Positions 1 to 11,994 of a stretch of 64,000 bases of DNA are shown here, in pieces. The DNA is from Psammoneis japonica. Its lineage: Eukaryota. Position numbers and translations under genes: made by a program. Where the stretch lies: contig QPGO01000057.1 in the NCBI GenBank assembly GCA_008632985.1, forward strand, positions 1 through 64,000, read 5' to 3'. The notes beneath the pieces were generated by a model. That model worked only from the letters and a program-made list of their open reading frames with translations. It was not told where the DNA came from and ran no database searches. Within the stretch, counting starts at the first letter, position 1; every line of letters begins with the position of its first letter.

Positions 1-388
1 GCAGGTTTCCAGATCCGATTTGGAGCGAAATGAACAGCGAACAGCGGCAGCAACAACTGAGAGAACGCACAAAAACAGATAGACCCTCCCAACGCGAGCG
101 GTTCTCTATGATCCCAACCACATATTGAACTGACAAGCTACAAAAGCACTGCTGACTCTTCAGAATCATCAACAATCGATTTGATCTGATTGCTCGCTCC
201 CTCTGAATCTCGGACTGCGGACTGTACCCGCCGTGTGTGCGTGACTGTGGTTCAACGCGATCTAATTATCGGAGCGAAGCAGCATTACCAACAAAATTCA
301 AACGCGCCACAAAACGCGAGGAAACTCAAAGGGTTGCGATACGGAAATCGTTCTCACTGAATACCACTCTCTCATTGTCACTATAGAG

Positions 389-2095
389 ATGATGTGGAAG
401 CTAAGTCGCGTTGTTTGCGTGGCACTTTCGGTGCTTTCCACCTCCGTCTTGGACGCCTGGGCTGACTTTGACGACGAGGGGCTGGATGACTGGTTGTTAC
501 AAGCACGGGGAATTGATCTGACAAGTGTAATAAACGACGATATTCTATCAGATTTTGTGCAAAACCCGGGTCACAATCAGCACCTATTGTTGGTTCCGCG
601 GGGAAGTGACAATTCTCGAGTATTGCGACTGACACGAGCGGTGACGGATCGATTGCGATACGCTCAATCAACACATTACTCTACTGCTATTGATTTGATG
701 CAAAAGCCTTCGTGGGAACAGGAACACGAGGCGCAACAGCTTCTTGAGGAAGTCCTGCAATTGCAAAAGCGACGGGGAACTGAGAATGCTTCCCAACGTA
801 TGAGAGATATCGAAGACGACCATGTTGTTGCGCTTGAACTACAATCGCACCCTGGATGCTATATTGCACCCTTGACAAAGAATCCAAAGGATGCTGGTTT
901 CATGATGCTGAATCATGATAATTACGTTGAATTAGGTATTTCTTCCAACCCACAGGAAGCCGTGCGAGTCTTACTACAACCCGCCGCAGAAATGGACGCT
1001 ATGGAGCGTCTTGCTGATTTCATTGGACTGCCGAATCCAGGGCGTCGCTACGTGCTGGAAACGAGCAATCGCATGGTTCTTTCTGTAGGCGCTGATGTTT
1101 TCACGGGAGCACCGGTGATTGGGACAATGCTGGCGGAAAAGTCGGGGTCATTTGGGATGGAGCAAGATCTGTTCACTGCTGACTTTGACGTTGATGAACA
1201 CTGCCAGTTTGCTGTGAACGAGGACGGCAGTTTATCCCCAGTCACGCAACCTGATTTGGCCATTGGTATTGCTGCTATTCCATCTGTACATTTGGTCCCA
1301 CGCGACAGTTCAAACCGACTGCTTTTCGCCCGCGCCCCGCAGGATTGGACACTGAAGTCCCACCCAGGCCTTGCCATGGTTGCCACGAGGCGCTACACTT
1401 CGTCGAAAATTCTGCTACTCCAAAGCATAGGAATAGGCCATGTCGCTCACCATGAAATGCTTACTCTCCACCCACTCGATAATCGCCGTCACGGTGAGGT
1501 TTTGCTCATGAGCAGACCGACTCTGCAGGAAGATGGCTCGGCGGTTTTGGTGGGGATGGATTTGCTCCTAGAGGAAGGGGCTCCTGTAATGTTGTTGGCA
1601 TACAAACGGGAAGAATTCAGATCGAATATGGTTGCGGATGTGTTGCGAGAAGCAATTTCTACCAGCAGGAACGCGACCTGGATCATCAATCAAGAAGATG
1701 GAAGTATATCTCCGTTAAATGCTCCATGGCTTGCTCTAGGCTGCGAACAGCTGGCGGGTATCAGTCAAACCGATTCGCTCGTTAGCAAAGAAAAACAAAA
1801 ACTGGTTTCGATGATTGCTTGTCAGGTCTTTGCTAATAAGGCCATCGACGACGATGATGTGATGTCTCCTGAGGATCGTCGAATTTTGCATGTGGCTGTT
1901 GTCATTTTGTTTGTACACGGCTTTAGCCCGTACATTGCCTTTGTTTGCGGATTGCTGGCACTGATCTTACTCAAGAGCACCCCGTGGAAACTATGCTTGG
2001 TGGGTCTTGCTGGTTTGTGCTTTGGGAGCTCCACCGCGTTGCTCTGTCTGTTCTTAATGGCTGTCCAAGCGTTTTTGGCGGGGTTGCGCAAGTGA
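389..2095 (+). CDS. Secreted/membrane-anchored hypothetical protein with an internally duplicated domain (possibly beta-trefoil/lectin-like)
   Basis: 568 aa ORF with a hydrophobic N-terminal signal peptide and C-terminal TM helices. Paired motifs LLVPRGSDN/HLVPRDSSN, LQSHPG/LKSHPG and NEDGSLSP...LAIG/QEDGSISP...LALG. Confidence 0.75.
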   Translation: MMWKLSRVVCVALSVLSTSVLDAWADFDDEGLDDWLLQARGIDLTSVINDDILSDFVQNPGHNQHLLLVPRGSDNSRVLRLTRAVTDRLRYAQSTHYSTAIDLMQKPSWEQEHEAQQLLEEVLQLQKRRGTENASQRMRDIEDDHVVALELQSHPGCYIAPLTKNPKDAGFMMLNHDNYVELGISSNPQEAVRVLLQPAAEMDAMERLADFIGLPNPGRRYVLETSNRMVLSVGADVFTGAPVIGTMLAEKSGSFGMEQDLFTADFDVDEHCQFAVNEDGSLSPVTQPDLAIGIAAIPSVHLVPRDSSNRLLFARAPQDWTLKSHPGLAMVATRRYTSSKILLLQSIGIGHVAHHEMLTLHPLDNRRHGEVLLMSRPTLQEDGSAVLVGMDLLLEEGAPVMLLAYKREEFRSNMVADVLREAISTSRNATWIINQEDGSISPLNAPWLALGCEQLAGISQTDSLVSKEKQKLVSMIACQVFANKAIDDDDVMSPEDRRILHVAVVILFVHGFSPYIAFVCGLLALILLKSTPWKLCLVGLAGLCFGSSTALLCLFLMAVQAFLAGLRK

Positions 2096-2988
2096 TGGCT
2101 CCTATGAGCAAACGGTAATTCGGGCCTTGACGCTCGCCCGATCGCGAACGACTAGAGTGTCATTTCGTAGTAGACTAAGTCTTGTCAACTTTTAGGATAA
2201 AATCTTGCTATCACCGATACTTCGACGTTATTAATCCGCAATTTGGTGAGCTACGACTAGAGTAGATCCGGCAACAAAATATCTTCTTTACCCTCCTCAC
2301 TGCGCTGCGCACTATTTCATCATCGCGCTAATTGCGGAGAGTACGGCAGCTATTTTGAATTCCGTCCTTTCTGTCTTCTTTATGGTGCAAGCTCACTACA
2401 CTCGATGTGCTGTGAAATTCGATACGGTTGCGATGGCGTGACTTGGATTCTTCATCGCGTCCGCAACAAAAGAGAAGGCGTTGACGCCAAAACTGCTGCA
2501 TTCTGTTGACACCTTCGTCAGGCTCTTACCGGACACAAGAGCTTCCGCGAACGCTTCTGCCGTGCGGATTTCTTAAACTGACGTGGGATCAATAGTAGAA
2601 GCCAACCAAGGTGCGCCAGCATTGGGCCAGAAACTGGAAGTCAAGGCCATGCTGAATGAACGTATGATGTGGCAACTGTTCTCTTGCAAGGACCGAGTTG
2701 GAGTCGTTCGTCGGATCGTAGCCTGCACCAGCAGTCACAGATTCCTGGGCTGCGAGTTGGCAGCACGTTCTGTTGGAAGAACCCGCGTTATGATTGCTTG
2801 ATGGATGGAAGTAAGAACACTTCATTTTGGACAGTAGTCGAGTACGAAGAAAGCCGCAGCCCACCTGCTACTCCATTTTGCGCACCCTTACAGCTAGCCG
2901 CCACTGTGCCCATCTAATCTTTACACTTCAGAGCTGAATTGCTGGTCACCAATTCATTTTCGAACCATTCAAATTAATGTGGAATTAT

Positions 2989-4250
2989 TCACTTCACCCC
3001 CTCACCACAGTCTTCTGGCAAGGGACAACACTCATGGCAACAGACACATTCAATCTTTCCGTTTTCGGAACAGTCAGCCGCAGTGCAGGTCAGTTGGTGC
3101 TCAGTTCCTAAACAACACACTTCTGTTGGGACGTCTCCGGACAAGTCATTGTTGTAAAATGTAAACTCGTGCAGCTCCAACAGCTCACCAACCTTGGAAG
3201 GAACGCTTCCCATTAACTTGTTTTTGTGGATTCACAGTTCTTTCAGTGACACCAAATTGCCAATGGCATGAGGCAATGATCCCGAAAGTTAAAAATTGGT
3301 TTCCAGCTAGATTCATCTGTTGGAGGGAGGAGATCTCACTGCAGAGGGGTGGGATGGTGGATTCAAACTGATTTCCGACCAGATGCAAGCTTTCCAACGA
3401 GCTGAGCAGCTCCGTGTGTGGAAGAGACGAATGGAACTGGTTGTTGCTCAGCTGGACCCCTTTGAGTTCACGCAATTCATCAAACTTGTCAAGGACGGTT
3501 CCGGCAAAGTTGTTTCCAGCCAATGAAAACGTCTCCAAAAAAGAGCAAATAAAAATTGTCATCAGAACAGCTGAGTTGAGGCAGTTGTTTGACAAGTCAA
3601 GGTGCTTGAGCTCTGCAAGATGCCCAATGCTGGATGTGGTGTGAAGGAGACATGTGCAAGGAAAGAACAGGGAGAAGTGAGCGCAGGACAAGCACGCATT
3701 ATTTTAAGATGTGAAAGAACGAGGCATGGCTTGCCACGTTGATCGCGCACCTGAAAAATGGAACATCCTGTCACCTTGTGTTGAAAAGATGTCATTTGGG
3801 TCAAACGCTGAGCTCAGTGGGCATTTGGGTGCACCTTAACGCCACAGACAGGGCTTTCAAAGCATGGCGAAAAGCCCAGTTGGAAGGATTCATGTAGTCA
3901 GAAATCACACCGACCACAAAAGAGCTGGAAAAAGCTTCATCCACTGTTCGTTTTGAGCACCACTTAGAGCAACATCCAACAGATCGCACCTTGGTGATTG
4001 CGTGTCTGCGACGAGATGATGAGATTTCACAAACACATGCGTTCATGTTGTCACCGCTGCAGCAACACTCTCCAGTGAATCGTTCCGCAACAACATGCAA
4101 GAGCCAATGTGATGATGCCATGAACCCAATGACAAACAAAATTGCTCCCAAAAACACAGCGTTTGACTTGAGTGCTGGTCTAGTCTCCTGCGTGAAACGT
4201 TGGCTTGGCGCGGATGCAAAGCGACAGCTGCTTGCTCTCCACATTGCTCG
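2989..4250 (-). pseudogene. Decayed leucine-rich-repeat receptor-like gene (diatom LRR family)
   Basis: Fragments in several frames: LKHLDLSNN, FSLAGNNFAGT, LHLVGNQFESTIP and NNDLSGDVPTEVC, plus the C-terminal AADC...IECVCCHECC. Broken by frameshifts and stops; lies inside a TpA/CpG-depleted block. Confidence 0.75.
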
Positions 4251-5680
4251 TGTTTTTGTTTTCGATTCTTTTTAGGATTTCCATTTGCGCCAATGTTTCC
4301 TTTTTGGTTTTTTACAAGATCTTTCCCCTTTCATCCCAAGTGAGGACTGTGGCAACAGATTGCTCTGCCGGATGTCCTTGTGCATGCTCACCGTGAGTCA
4401 CTCGCTTTTTCCAGGCAGTGCATGTCCACCCATTTGTTTTGTTGTTGTGAATTTGTCTCACACAGAAATGTTCAAATCTAAGAATCATCAATCCAATCAC
4501 AGAAACAACTGCTCCAGGACTGTGCTGCACAAGTGAAGTGCAGCGGCCCAGCCCTTTTGCTTTGTTGTGGTTTGTGGTTGTCATCACTTCCTTCTTTCTT
4601 CGGCACAACATGAAAAGATTTTCGAAACTCCGGAGCTCATCGTTGGCATCATGCAGGCTTTTTTGCATTTCGGACCATTGCCGTAGAGATGCACAGGAAT
4701 TGGCAACAATTTGGAAAGTGCCAGTGCCCACCAACTTTCTGCACATGAAATCATGGTGACAGTTCTACAAAGACACACAAAAATGACAGTGATTGACAAA
4801 TTTAGCAATGGTCATGACTCAAAATCTCTGAGAATCCACACTCGTTTTTCACTCACAACTCGTCGTCTCGCACCATGTGCTTGTTGTTTGCCAAGCCGGA
4901 ATGCCATCATTGCCAAAGGATGGCTCGCCCTTCCTCTGGATTGAGACCTTGCATTTGTTTGGCATTCCACAACTCATTTTGCTTGATGGCATGTTGTCTC
5001 TCTTTTTTGACTCATCGTTTGCGGCACGACGTGTTTGTTGTTTGCCAAGCCGGAGCGCAGCAACACCCAAGGATGGCTCGCCCTTCCTCTGGCTCTGATT
5101 GCTTTCTCTTGTTTGGTGTTGCACAACATGTTTTGCTTGCATGAAGTGTTGTCTCCAGGCAGCGCAGGTGTTGCCAGTTGAGTCCGGAGGTCGGGGCAAA
5201 TCAAGTGCGTGTCTCCGGCCTGGAGTCCATGTTGCTCCTGTGTCTTTGACCGCAGGAAGTTGCCTGTTTGCTTGACCCGTCAGGTCATGGCTGTTGAAAC
5301 AGACAGCAGCGTTCGTCTGCGAAGCAGCAAAAGCTCGCCAAGCAGATCACACCGTTGACGGAACGCGGGGTTTGGGGTTCCGTCGCATCAGTGACATGAC
5401 ACGGCAAGTCTTCACTCGCAGGGAGTGTTGATTTAGCACGCGGTTGACTCGCAAGTTTCTCTTGCTGTCTCCGCAGTGCGTCCCCCCTTTTTCTTTTTTT
5501 TTGGGGTGGTTTTCCACCCCGAAAATAGGAAAAAGCTTGAGCTCCATTTTTTGATGGCGCTCTTGAGGCAATGTCACCCTGCGCGACCGATTTCTATCAA
5601 CTTTTGACATTGGCGTGTTTCAAATGTTCGAAACACACTTTGAACATTTGCAACAGAGAAGCAGAAAGACTAAAAGCACC
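2990..5680. repeat. TpA/CpG-depleted (TG/CA-rich) degenerate block 1
   Basis: TA is strongly depleted and CG reduced. Spurious Cys/His-rich ORFs. Contains a ~70 bp imperfect direct repeat (4871-4939 vs 5024-5092). Confidence 0.75.
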
Positions 5681-6093
5681 AGATGGCAATCTACATTTGT
5701 GCGCAATTTATTCCGTGCGCATGTCAATGGACTGCGATGGCGGTCGTAGCATGTTCTCGTTCTCGGCCCTCGTGCTCCATCGTCACGTCAAACACAAGGA
5801 TTGTGGCGTACAGTGCAGCGTACACCGGAGATTTTCAGTCACGTCGCGCTTGTGTACCTTGTAAGATAAGGTGTTGCCAGAAAGCTTTGTTTCGACAGAG
5901 TCTGTCAGAAGTAATTTGTCCGAAGAATGGACAGGTGTATTATCCTCGATTGGATAGAGTGGTTGACCGTTCATATAGCAAAACACAACACAACCTAGAA
6001 ATTAATTGTATGTATCCGAAGCCTTCATTCTACTAAGCAAGTAGAGGTGCCAATCAGGACTCTTAACTCATGAGCGCGTGTGCAAAACTGCCC

Positions 6094-7764
6094 CTACTTG
6101 GACTCTTGTGGTTTGTCCACCCACCCAATAGACCGGTCAATTGCCTTGCCCCACGAATGCTTGAGCTCCGTTCGAGTGTCATCCGATATGTCAGAAGAAA
6201 AGGTACAGTCGTCTTCCCAAAGTTCCTTGATATCATCTAGCGAGTCCCAGACACCGGCTGATAAACCAGCGGCGTAGGCGGCTCCGGCAGCGGTAGTTTC
6301 GAGACTACTTGGGCGAAGGACTTTGGCTCCCAAGATATTGGCCAAGAATTGCGCAAATTCAGAGTTGGCGGCCATGCCGCCATCTACACGAAGTTCCGAA
6401 ACAGGAACTCCCGAGTCAGCGGCCATGGCGTCAAACACCTCGGAGCACTGAAATGCTGCCGCCTCGATTGCTGCTCTTGCAATGTGTGCCTTGGTATGAT
6501 AGGCGGTGAGTCCAGCAATAATTCCACGTGCACTCTCCTCCCAGTGCGGAGCCAGTAAGCCAGCAAAGGCGGGGACAAACCGCACCCCGCCAGCGTCATC
6601 GACGGAAGATGCCAAATCTGCAATATCTTTGGCGCTGTCACCGAACTGCAAGTTATCGCGGAGCCATTGAACAAGTGATCCTGCCATGGCAACAGCACCT
6701 TCAAGAGCGTAAACCGGTGGTTCTCCCTTGATTTGGTAAAAGGGAGTTGCCAGGAGTCCACGTTTTGAAATTTGCGGTTTCTCCTGCGCACCCATATTCA
6801 TCATGAGAAAGGCTCCAGTTCCGAACGTAGCCTTAGCTTCTCCCACTTGAAAGCACGCTTGACCAAACATTGCAGCATGTTGGTCCCCAAGAATAGCTCC
6901 AATGGGAACACCCTCCAACTCTGGGCACGATACTACAGTCCCAAAGTCGCCGCCAACGGAAGGTTCAATGGCTGGCAGCATGGATCTGGGAATATCAAAG
7001 GTGGCGAGAAGCTCGTTGTCCCACTCGAGCGTCGTCAAGTTGCAAAGCAAAGTCCTCGCCGCATTTGTCACATCTGTCACGTGCTTTTCTCCACCCGTGA
7101 GCTTGTACAAGAGCCAAGAATCGATCGTTCCAAAGAGCGCTTGACCGTCACGGGCCTTGCCCTCTAAGCCGTCCACATTGTCAAACATCCAACGCAACTT
7201 GGTCGCCGAAAAGTAGGTAGAAACGGGAAGCCCCGTTTTGGAAAGTAAAGCATCTTTTCCTCCCAGTCTCTTACAGTAGTCATCAACAAGTCCCGCAGTT
7301 CGTCCACAATTCCAAACAACAGCCGGACACAGTGGCTCTCCTGAATCCTTGTCCCACACGACGGTTGTCTCCCTCTGATTGGTAATTCCAATGGACGCGA
7401 CAGAACTGCTCGTAACGTTTGCTTTAGCGAGTGCATCCGAAATACACCGTGCAGAATTGTCCCAGATCTCGGAGGCGTCGTGTTCGACCCATCCAGACTG
7501 AGGATAATACTGTTTGTGCTCGCTCTGAGAAGAGGAGACGGCCTTGCCAAACCTGTCGTACAGAATAAAGCGCGTCGACGAAGTCCCTTGATCAAGGGAT
7601 CCGACGTATTGCTCTGACGAGCCAGCAGAAAAAGATCTCTGCCACTTCGAGCGAAACGTACCAAGACCCCTACCACTGATGAGAGCACGAGCAGCAAGCC
7701 GATTAGACCCGCGAGAAGTCGGGGCTACAAAAAGAGTGTCAGCCAAGAAGAAGGCGGATCGCAT
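6094..7764 (-). CDS. glpK: Glycerol kinase (FGGY family) with probable mitochondrial presequence
   Basis: Motifs DQGTSSTRF, ITNQRET, YFSATKLRW, TDVTNAART, GDQHAAMFGQ, KATFGTG, FVPAFAGL and RVDGG. First ATG at 7764; Arg/Ser-rich N-terminus. Confidence 0.97.
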   Translation of the reverse strand: MRSAFFLADTLFVAPTSRGSNRLAARALISGRGLGTFRSKWQRSFSAGSSEQYVGSLDQGTSSTRFILYDRFGKAVSSSQSEHKQYYPQSGWVEHDASEIWDNSARCISDALAKANVTSSSVASIGITNQRETTVVWDKDSGEPLCPAVVWNCGRTAGLVDDYCKRLGGKDALLSKTGLPVSTYFSATKLRWMFDNVDGLEGKARDGQALFGTIDSWLLYKLTGGEKHVTDVTNAARTLLCNLTTLEWDNELLATFDIPRSMLPAIEPSVGGDFGTVVSCPELEGVPIGAILGDQHAAMFGQACFQVGEAKATFGTGAFLMMNMGAQEKPQISKRGLLATPFYQIKGEPPVYALEGAVAMAGSLVQWLRDNLQFGDSAKDIADLASSVDDAGGVRFVPAFAGLLAPHWEESARGIIAGLTAYHTKAHIARAAIEAAAFQCSEVFDAMAADSGVPVSELRVDGGMAANSEFAQFLANILGAKVLRPSSLETTAAGAAYAAGLSAGVWDSLDDIKELWEDDCTFSSDISDDTRTELKHSWGKAIDRSIGWVDKPQESK

Positions 7765-7994
7765 ACTGAACACTGGAGCCAGCGTTATGTTCTTTGTAAA
7801 AAAACTGTATGGTAATACGGTATTACAGAAGTGTTATGAACAGCAGCAACGACACAACAAATTAGAGTCACCCGCGACACAATAACACAAACAACAAACA
7901 ACACTAACAATAAAAGCAAACACGACGCTCGACGCTGCGGATCGCTATGACGAATCGCCAAAAAATGAGCCGGAATCTTTGAATCCTTCGACTG

Positions 7995-8230
7995 CTACTC
8001 TCGTCTCTGCTCTCTCTCTCTCTCTTGAGTAGAGAGTAGAGAAAGAGAGCTATAGAGTAGAGAGTACTGAAGCTAAAATAGAGGTCTAGCTAGTAGCGAG
8101 AGCGCAGCTGAAGGTAGTAGGCAGGCCTCTCTCTCTACTCTCTCTACTCTCTCTAGAGTAGCTAGCTAGCTAGAGTAGAGCTAGAGTAGTATGCAATTTA
8201 AGTGATTACGTAAACTACTCTAGAGTAGAG
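7995..8230. repeat. Low-complexity (CT)n/(AG)n and CTAG/TAG-rich intergenic island
   Basis: ctctctctc, tagagagtagaga and tagctagctagctagagtag runs. Confidence 0.8.
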
Positions 8231-8539
8231 GCGAAGCAAAGTCTAGCGATTTGGTAAGAATAATGAATGAATATGATAGATTCCAATCAGTTCTAATTAT
8301 TTAGAGAGATGGAGAGCGAACCGAGAAGAGTTTTTGCTGTCTACAAACGAGAGTTCGACTCGGCTCTTCCCACCACCAATCTACAAAGATTGTGCTTGAT
8401 CCAACCAACCGTTGGCACAAAAGGACGAAGTTTTGCTACAAGAAACGATGACGCACTCAGTGATGTTGTAGAGTACAGCAGAGATAAAGTCTCGTACGGA
8501 CTCAAATCCTAGAAGAGGCGGGTTTCCACATCACACTAA

Positions 8540-11310
8540 TCACCATCTTTTAGAGTCGCTGCCACCTGAAACTTCCTGTGAAACATTATGTGATGCATTC
8601 GATTCAGTCAAAGAGTTCAGTATATCTTGACTGCGGCTGTTGCTGCCAGTTGACGTCGGGATCCCAGTCACGTGGACACCTCCTGTGCCGTTGCCTCTTG
8701 ATCTTGAGGACTGGGACAAATTAACAAAATGGTGGTTGTACACCTTGGGGCCAATGATCAAGCACATATTTGACATGGCAAACACCCAGATGAGTAAAAC
8801 ATATACGATATACCTTGCCTCTGACGATTGCGAATACATGATATATATCACGGGTATCGACACGAAGAGAACCTGGAGATGCAACATAATCAAAGCAAAA
8901 ATCCAAGAGGACTCCGAATACTTGCTCTCCACATCTTTTGTTTTCCACGCCATGTATGCCGTGAGGATAGTGGGGATGGCAACAAGAATCAAGAGGGGAA
9001 TCGTTATTCCTAGAATTTTCTCGTGGGTGTGGCACTGACCAATCGACTCCCCTGTAAAGTCATCTATATAATGGCGATCCCAGTCCAAACCACCCATGGC
9101 AGTCCATACCGATAGCAAGATGACAGTTGATAATACGATTGCAATAGACGGCCAAACGACGTGCTTGTACTGTACTCGGGTCCTTCGAAACTGAAGTACC
9201 TTGTTGATACGCCAGAGCTAGGCAAGAAACGAAAACCATATCGTAAGATGTTTCCAACAGCACATTGCGTTGCACGCATATACTTCCTCATACCTTTGTG
9301 AACAGCGCACTGTAGTTTGTGACGTGCCCCATGACCAGAAGCCAAACTACTGCCGTGCAGGCCTTTCCCAAAGCTTCTGTATCCCACCCATAGCTTTCGT
9401 CGTACGACATCATCAGAATTGCCAGCGTCTGAACAAAGCTTCCGAAAGCCAGCAGATACAAAAAAACGGGTTGCGATGCCACCACGACCGATGATTTCCG
9501 ATACAGAAAAACCCAGACAAAAGATGAAAGTATGACAAATTGAGCAATTGCCATAAACGTGAGACCAAATATTCTAACTCCTCTGTCAAGGTAGTTTTGT
9601 TCTGGAATATCGCGCAACAGTATGGGGGGCTGAGGGGTGCCATTTGCGTATACAAACGGGGCGACCTCGATCCAAGAACCGAAATAATCGTCATTGCTTT
9701 CTCGACTTGAAACCATGGACAAAACGAATCTGAATTTCGCAGACGTAAACGCCGGTTAGAGATGGTCAAGCAGTAGCCAAACACAAACAGTGTGGTTGTG
9801 CAGCATTCCCTTACCTGTCAGCGTCATCATCTAGACTCGGAAATAAATTGAATGCACCAATAGTCAAACTGTGAATCGCCCGGCTACCTGGAACATCCAA
9901 TTCATTTCCTCCAAAGATCATATGTCCGGTTGCTCCAGTGAAGTCGACCAATCGCACGCCATCGTTATGGGATTTACCAGAACTGTTTGTTTCGTCATAA
10001 GTAGCATTTCCTAAGCACAGACCCATACCAATAGACATTACGGCATCGTATACGAAACCAGAACCGGCCAAAGGATCGTGGGTCTGGAAATAATCCTTCT
10101 CTGCGAAAAAATATCCTGCGAAACCTTTCGCAATTGGATTGAATGAGTTAACTTGTGCAACAAAAGATTCATTTTGTGCCCTCCATGCTTTCAGAAATCT
10201 ATCTTTTTCAGGATCAAAAGTGAATCCATCCAAATCGCGAAACACAACAGAACCGCGAAGCAACTTTCTCATGTTGGAATTACCAAGTGAAGCCTCATTC
10301 TCAAAGAAGTGAAGTGAATTGGTACCAACGAATGCCCACACGTATTCACCGTTATTCATACCCAGCTCTTCCGCTACGTCTGCTACAATTGGCAACTCAG
10401 TCTCTATTGAGCTGATAACATGGACGATTGTTCTGAAGCCGTTCTGATGCAGCGTCTCCAAGCTACTTCTTATTGATGTGGCAAGATCTCTCGTCACGCT
10501 TTCAATCGGATAAGCGGAACTTTCTATTCTCGCTCCGAGCAAAAGTCCATCAAAAAGAAGCCCTTCTTTTATATGAAGCCCCGTGTCACTCAAGGCGTAC
10601 AGAACCGAAATAAAATGGTGTCTTCCAATGTGTAGCAAGAAGCTGATAACCGCGGACGAAACACTGATCGAAAACCCGGTCACTATGCTTGTGTATGGAG
10701 TATAATAGTCTGCTGCAAGCCGAAAGTCCATCCCACCGTATGCCACAAGCGGTATTTCAGCACTGGAAGCCATCGCACTAAGATCCAAAGCCGGTATATC
10801 ATTTTGCGGCCCAGCGATTGCACAGGGGAACCTACCGCTCTCATCCTTAAGCACATCGAAAACGGACCGGATCGCATTAGCTCCAAAAGTCTGGGTATCA
10901 AAGACTAAAGTCGCAGAGGTATTAAAACGGGATTTGCAATTCTCGTATCTGAAAACCTCGTCGCCTAGTTCTGGAACGACGGAGGTGTCTCTTGCATTAA
11001 AGTGGTTCATCGCCAACTGAGCTGCGGCCATGTGTGAATAGCCCAAACTATTATCGGGATTGTCGATGTATAACGGGTCGTCAACCCCCCTAGAGAGTGC
11101 CACGAATGTCATGAAAAACGGATAAGCAACGTGTCTGGGAACAAGGAACTTGGTTACCAACATCCATCAGCTCTACCAAGACACATACCAAATTGTAAAG
11201 GGGAAAAAATTCCAGAGCGTGCATGAGAATTCTTCCGCAGTTGCTCTCGTGAACCAACACCCATTAAGAATAGCATAGGCCACCAGCGATAGAAATAATA
11301 TTGCAGTCAT
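8540..11310 (-). CDS. Class C (GABA-B-like) GPCR: signal peptide + periplasmic-binding/ANF-type domain + 7TM
   Basis: Four exons join in frame via GT-AG introns at 11090-11188, 9730-9814 and 9218-9293. Motifs DFTGATG, VVASQPVFL, YSALFTK/LWRINKV, KYSESSWI and LIIGPK. Confidence 0.88.
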
Positions 11311-11994
11311 TGTAATGTACTTCGTCTATTCTAACAGAAGTGCGTATGATGCCTTATGTTATTGCACGGGCAGTTTCAAGTTGCATTATTGTAGTCTTGC
11401 CACTTTTCAATGTTTTCTCGTATTTGAGAATGGAGGCAGTTTTGTTGGTACAAGTTCTACAGACTTCTACGCGATTTTGATTTTTTGGCTGCGATGGACA
11501 GACCGCACGTTTTGGCGCAGAAAAAATCGCTCGCGCGGAATCAATCTTGGGATCTGAGCCTGTGGAATCCGCGATCTGGATCGCTTGCTGAGTTTTGAGC
11601 ATCATGACTGAAGTTTTTGCATGAGGCTTGCTGTTGCGAATGAAAGAGAGGCGAGGAGTGGACAGCCCGATAGCATAAATGGAACAAGCTGCTGTACGCA
11701 ACAGTCTCTACTTCTTGAAAAAAGGGCTAGATGAATAACAGGTTGGCTAATATCATAACTCCTTACCTCAACCTGCTGGCCACGGAATCACATCAATCAA
11801 AGCAGTCAAAGCAACAACAAAATCTATTAGAGGGTTCAGGGTGCCCATCAGCCATCAGACCGCGCATCTATTAACATCCGCGTTCATAATGAGTCCCGAG
11901 TCCCGCGCGGGTACATGATGGCACCTCACAGCTCACAGAATGCGACTCACTGCTTCTTATTGTACGTATACCCGCAACTCAAGAGGACATCACG

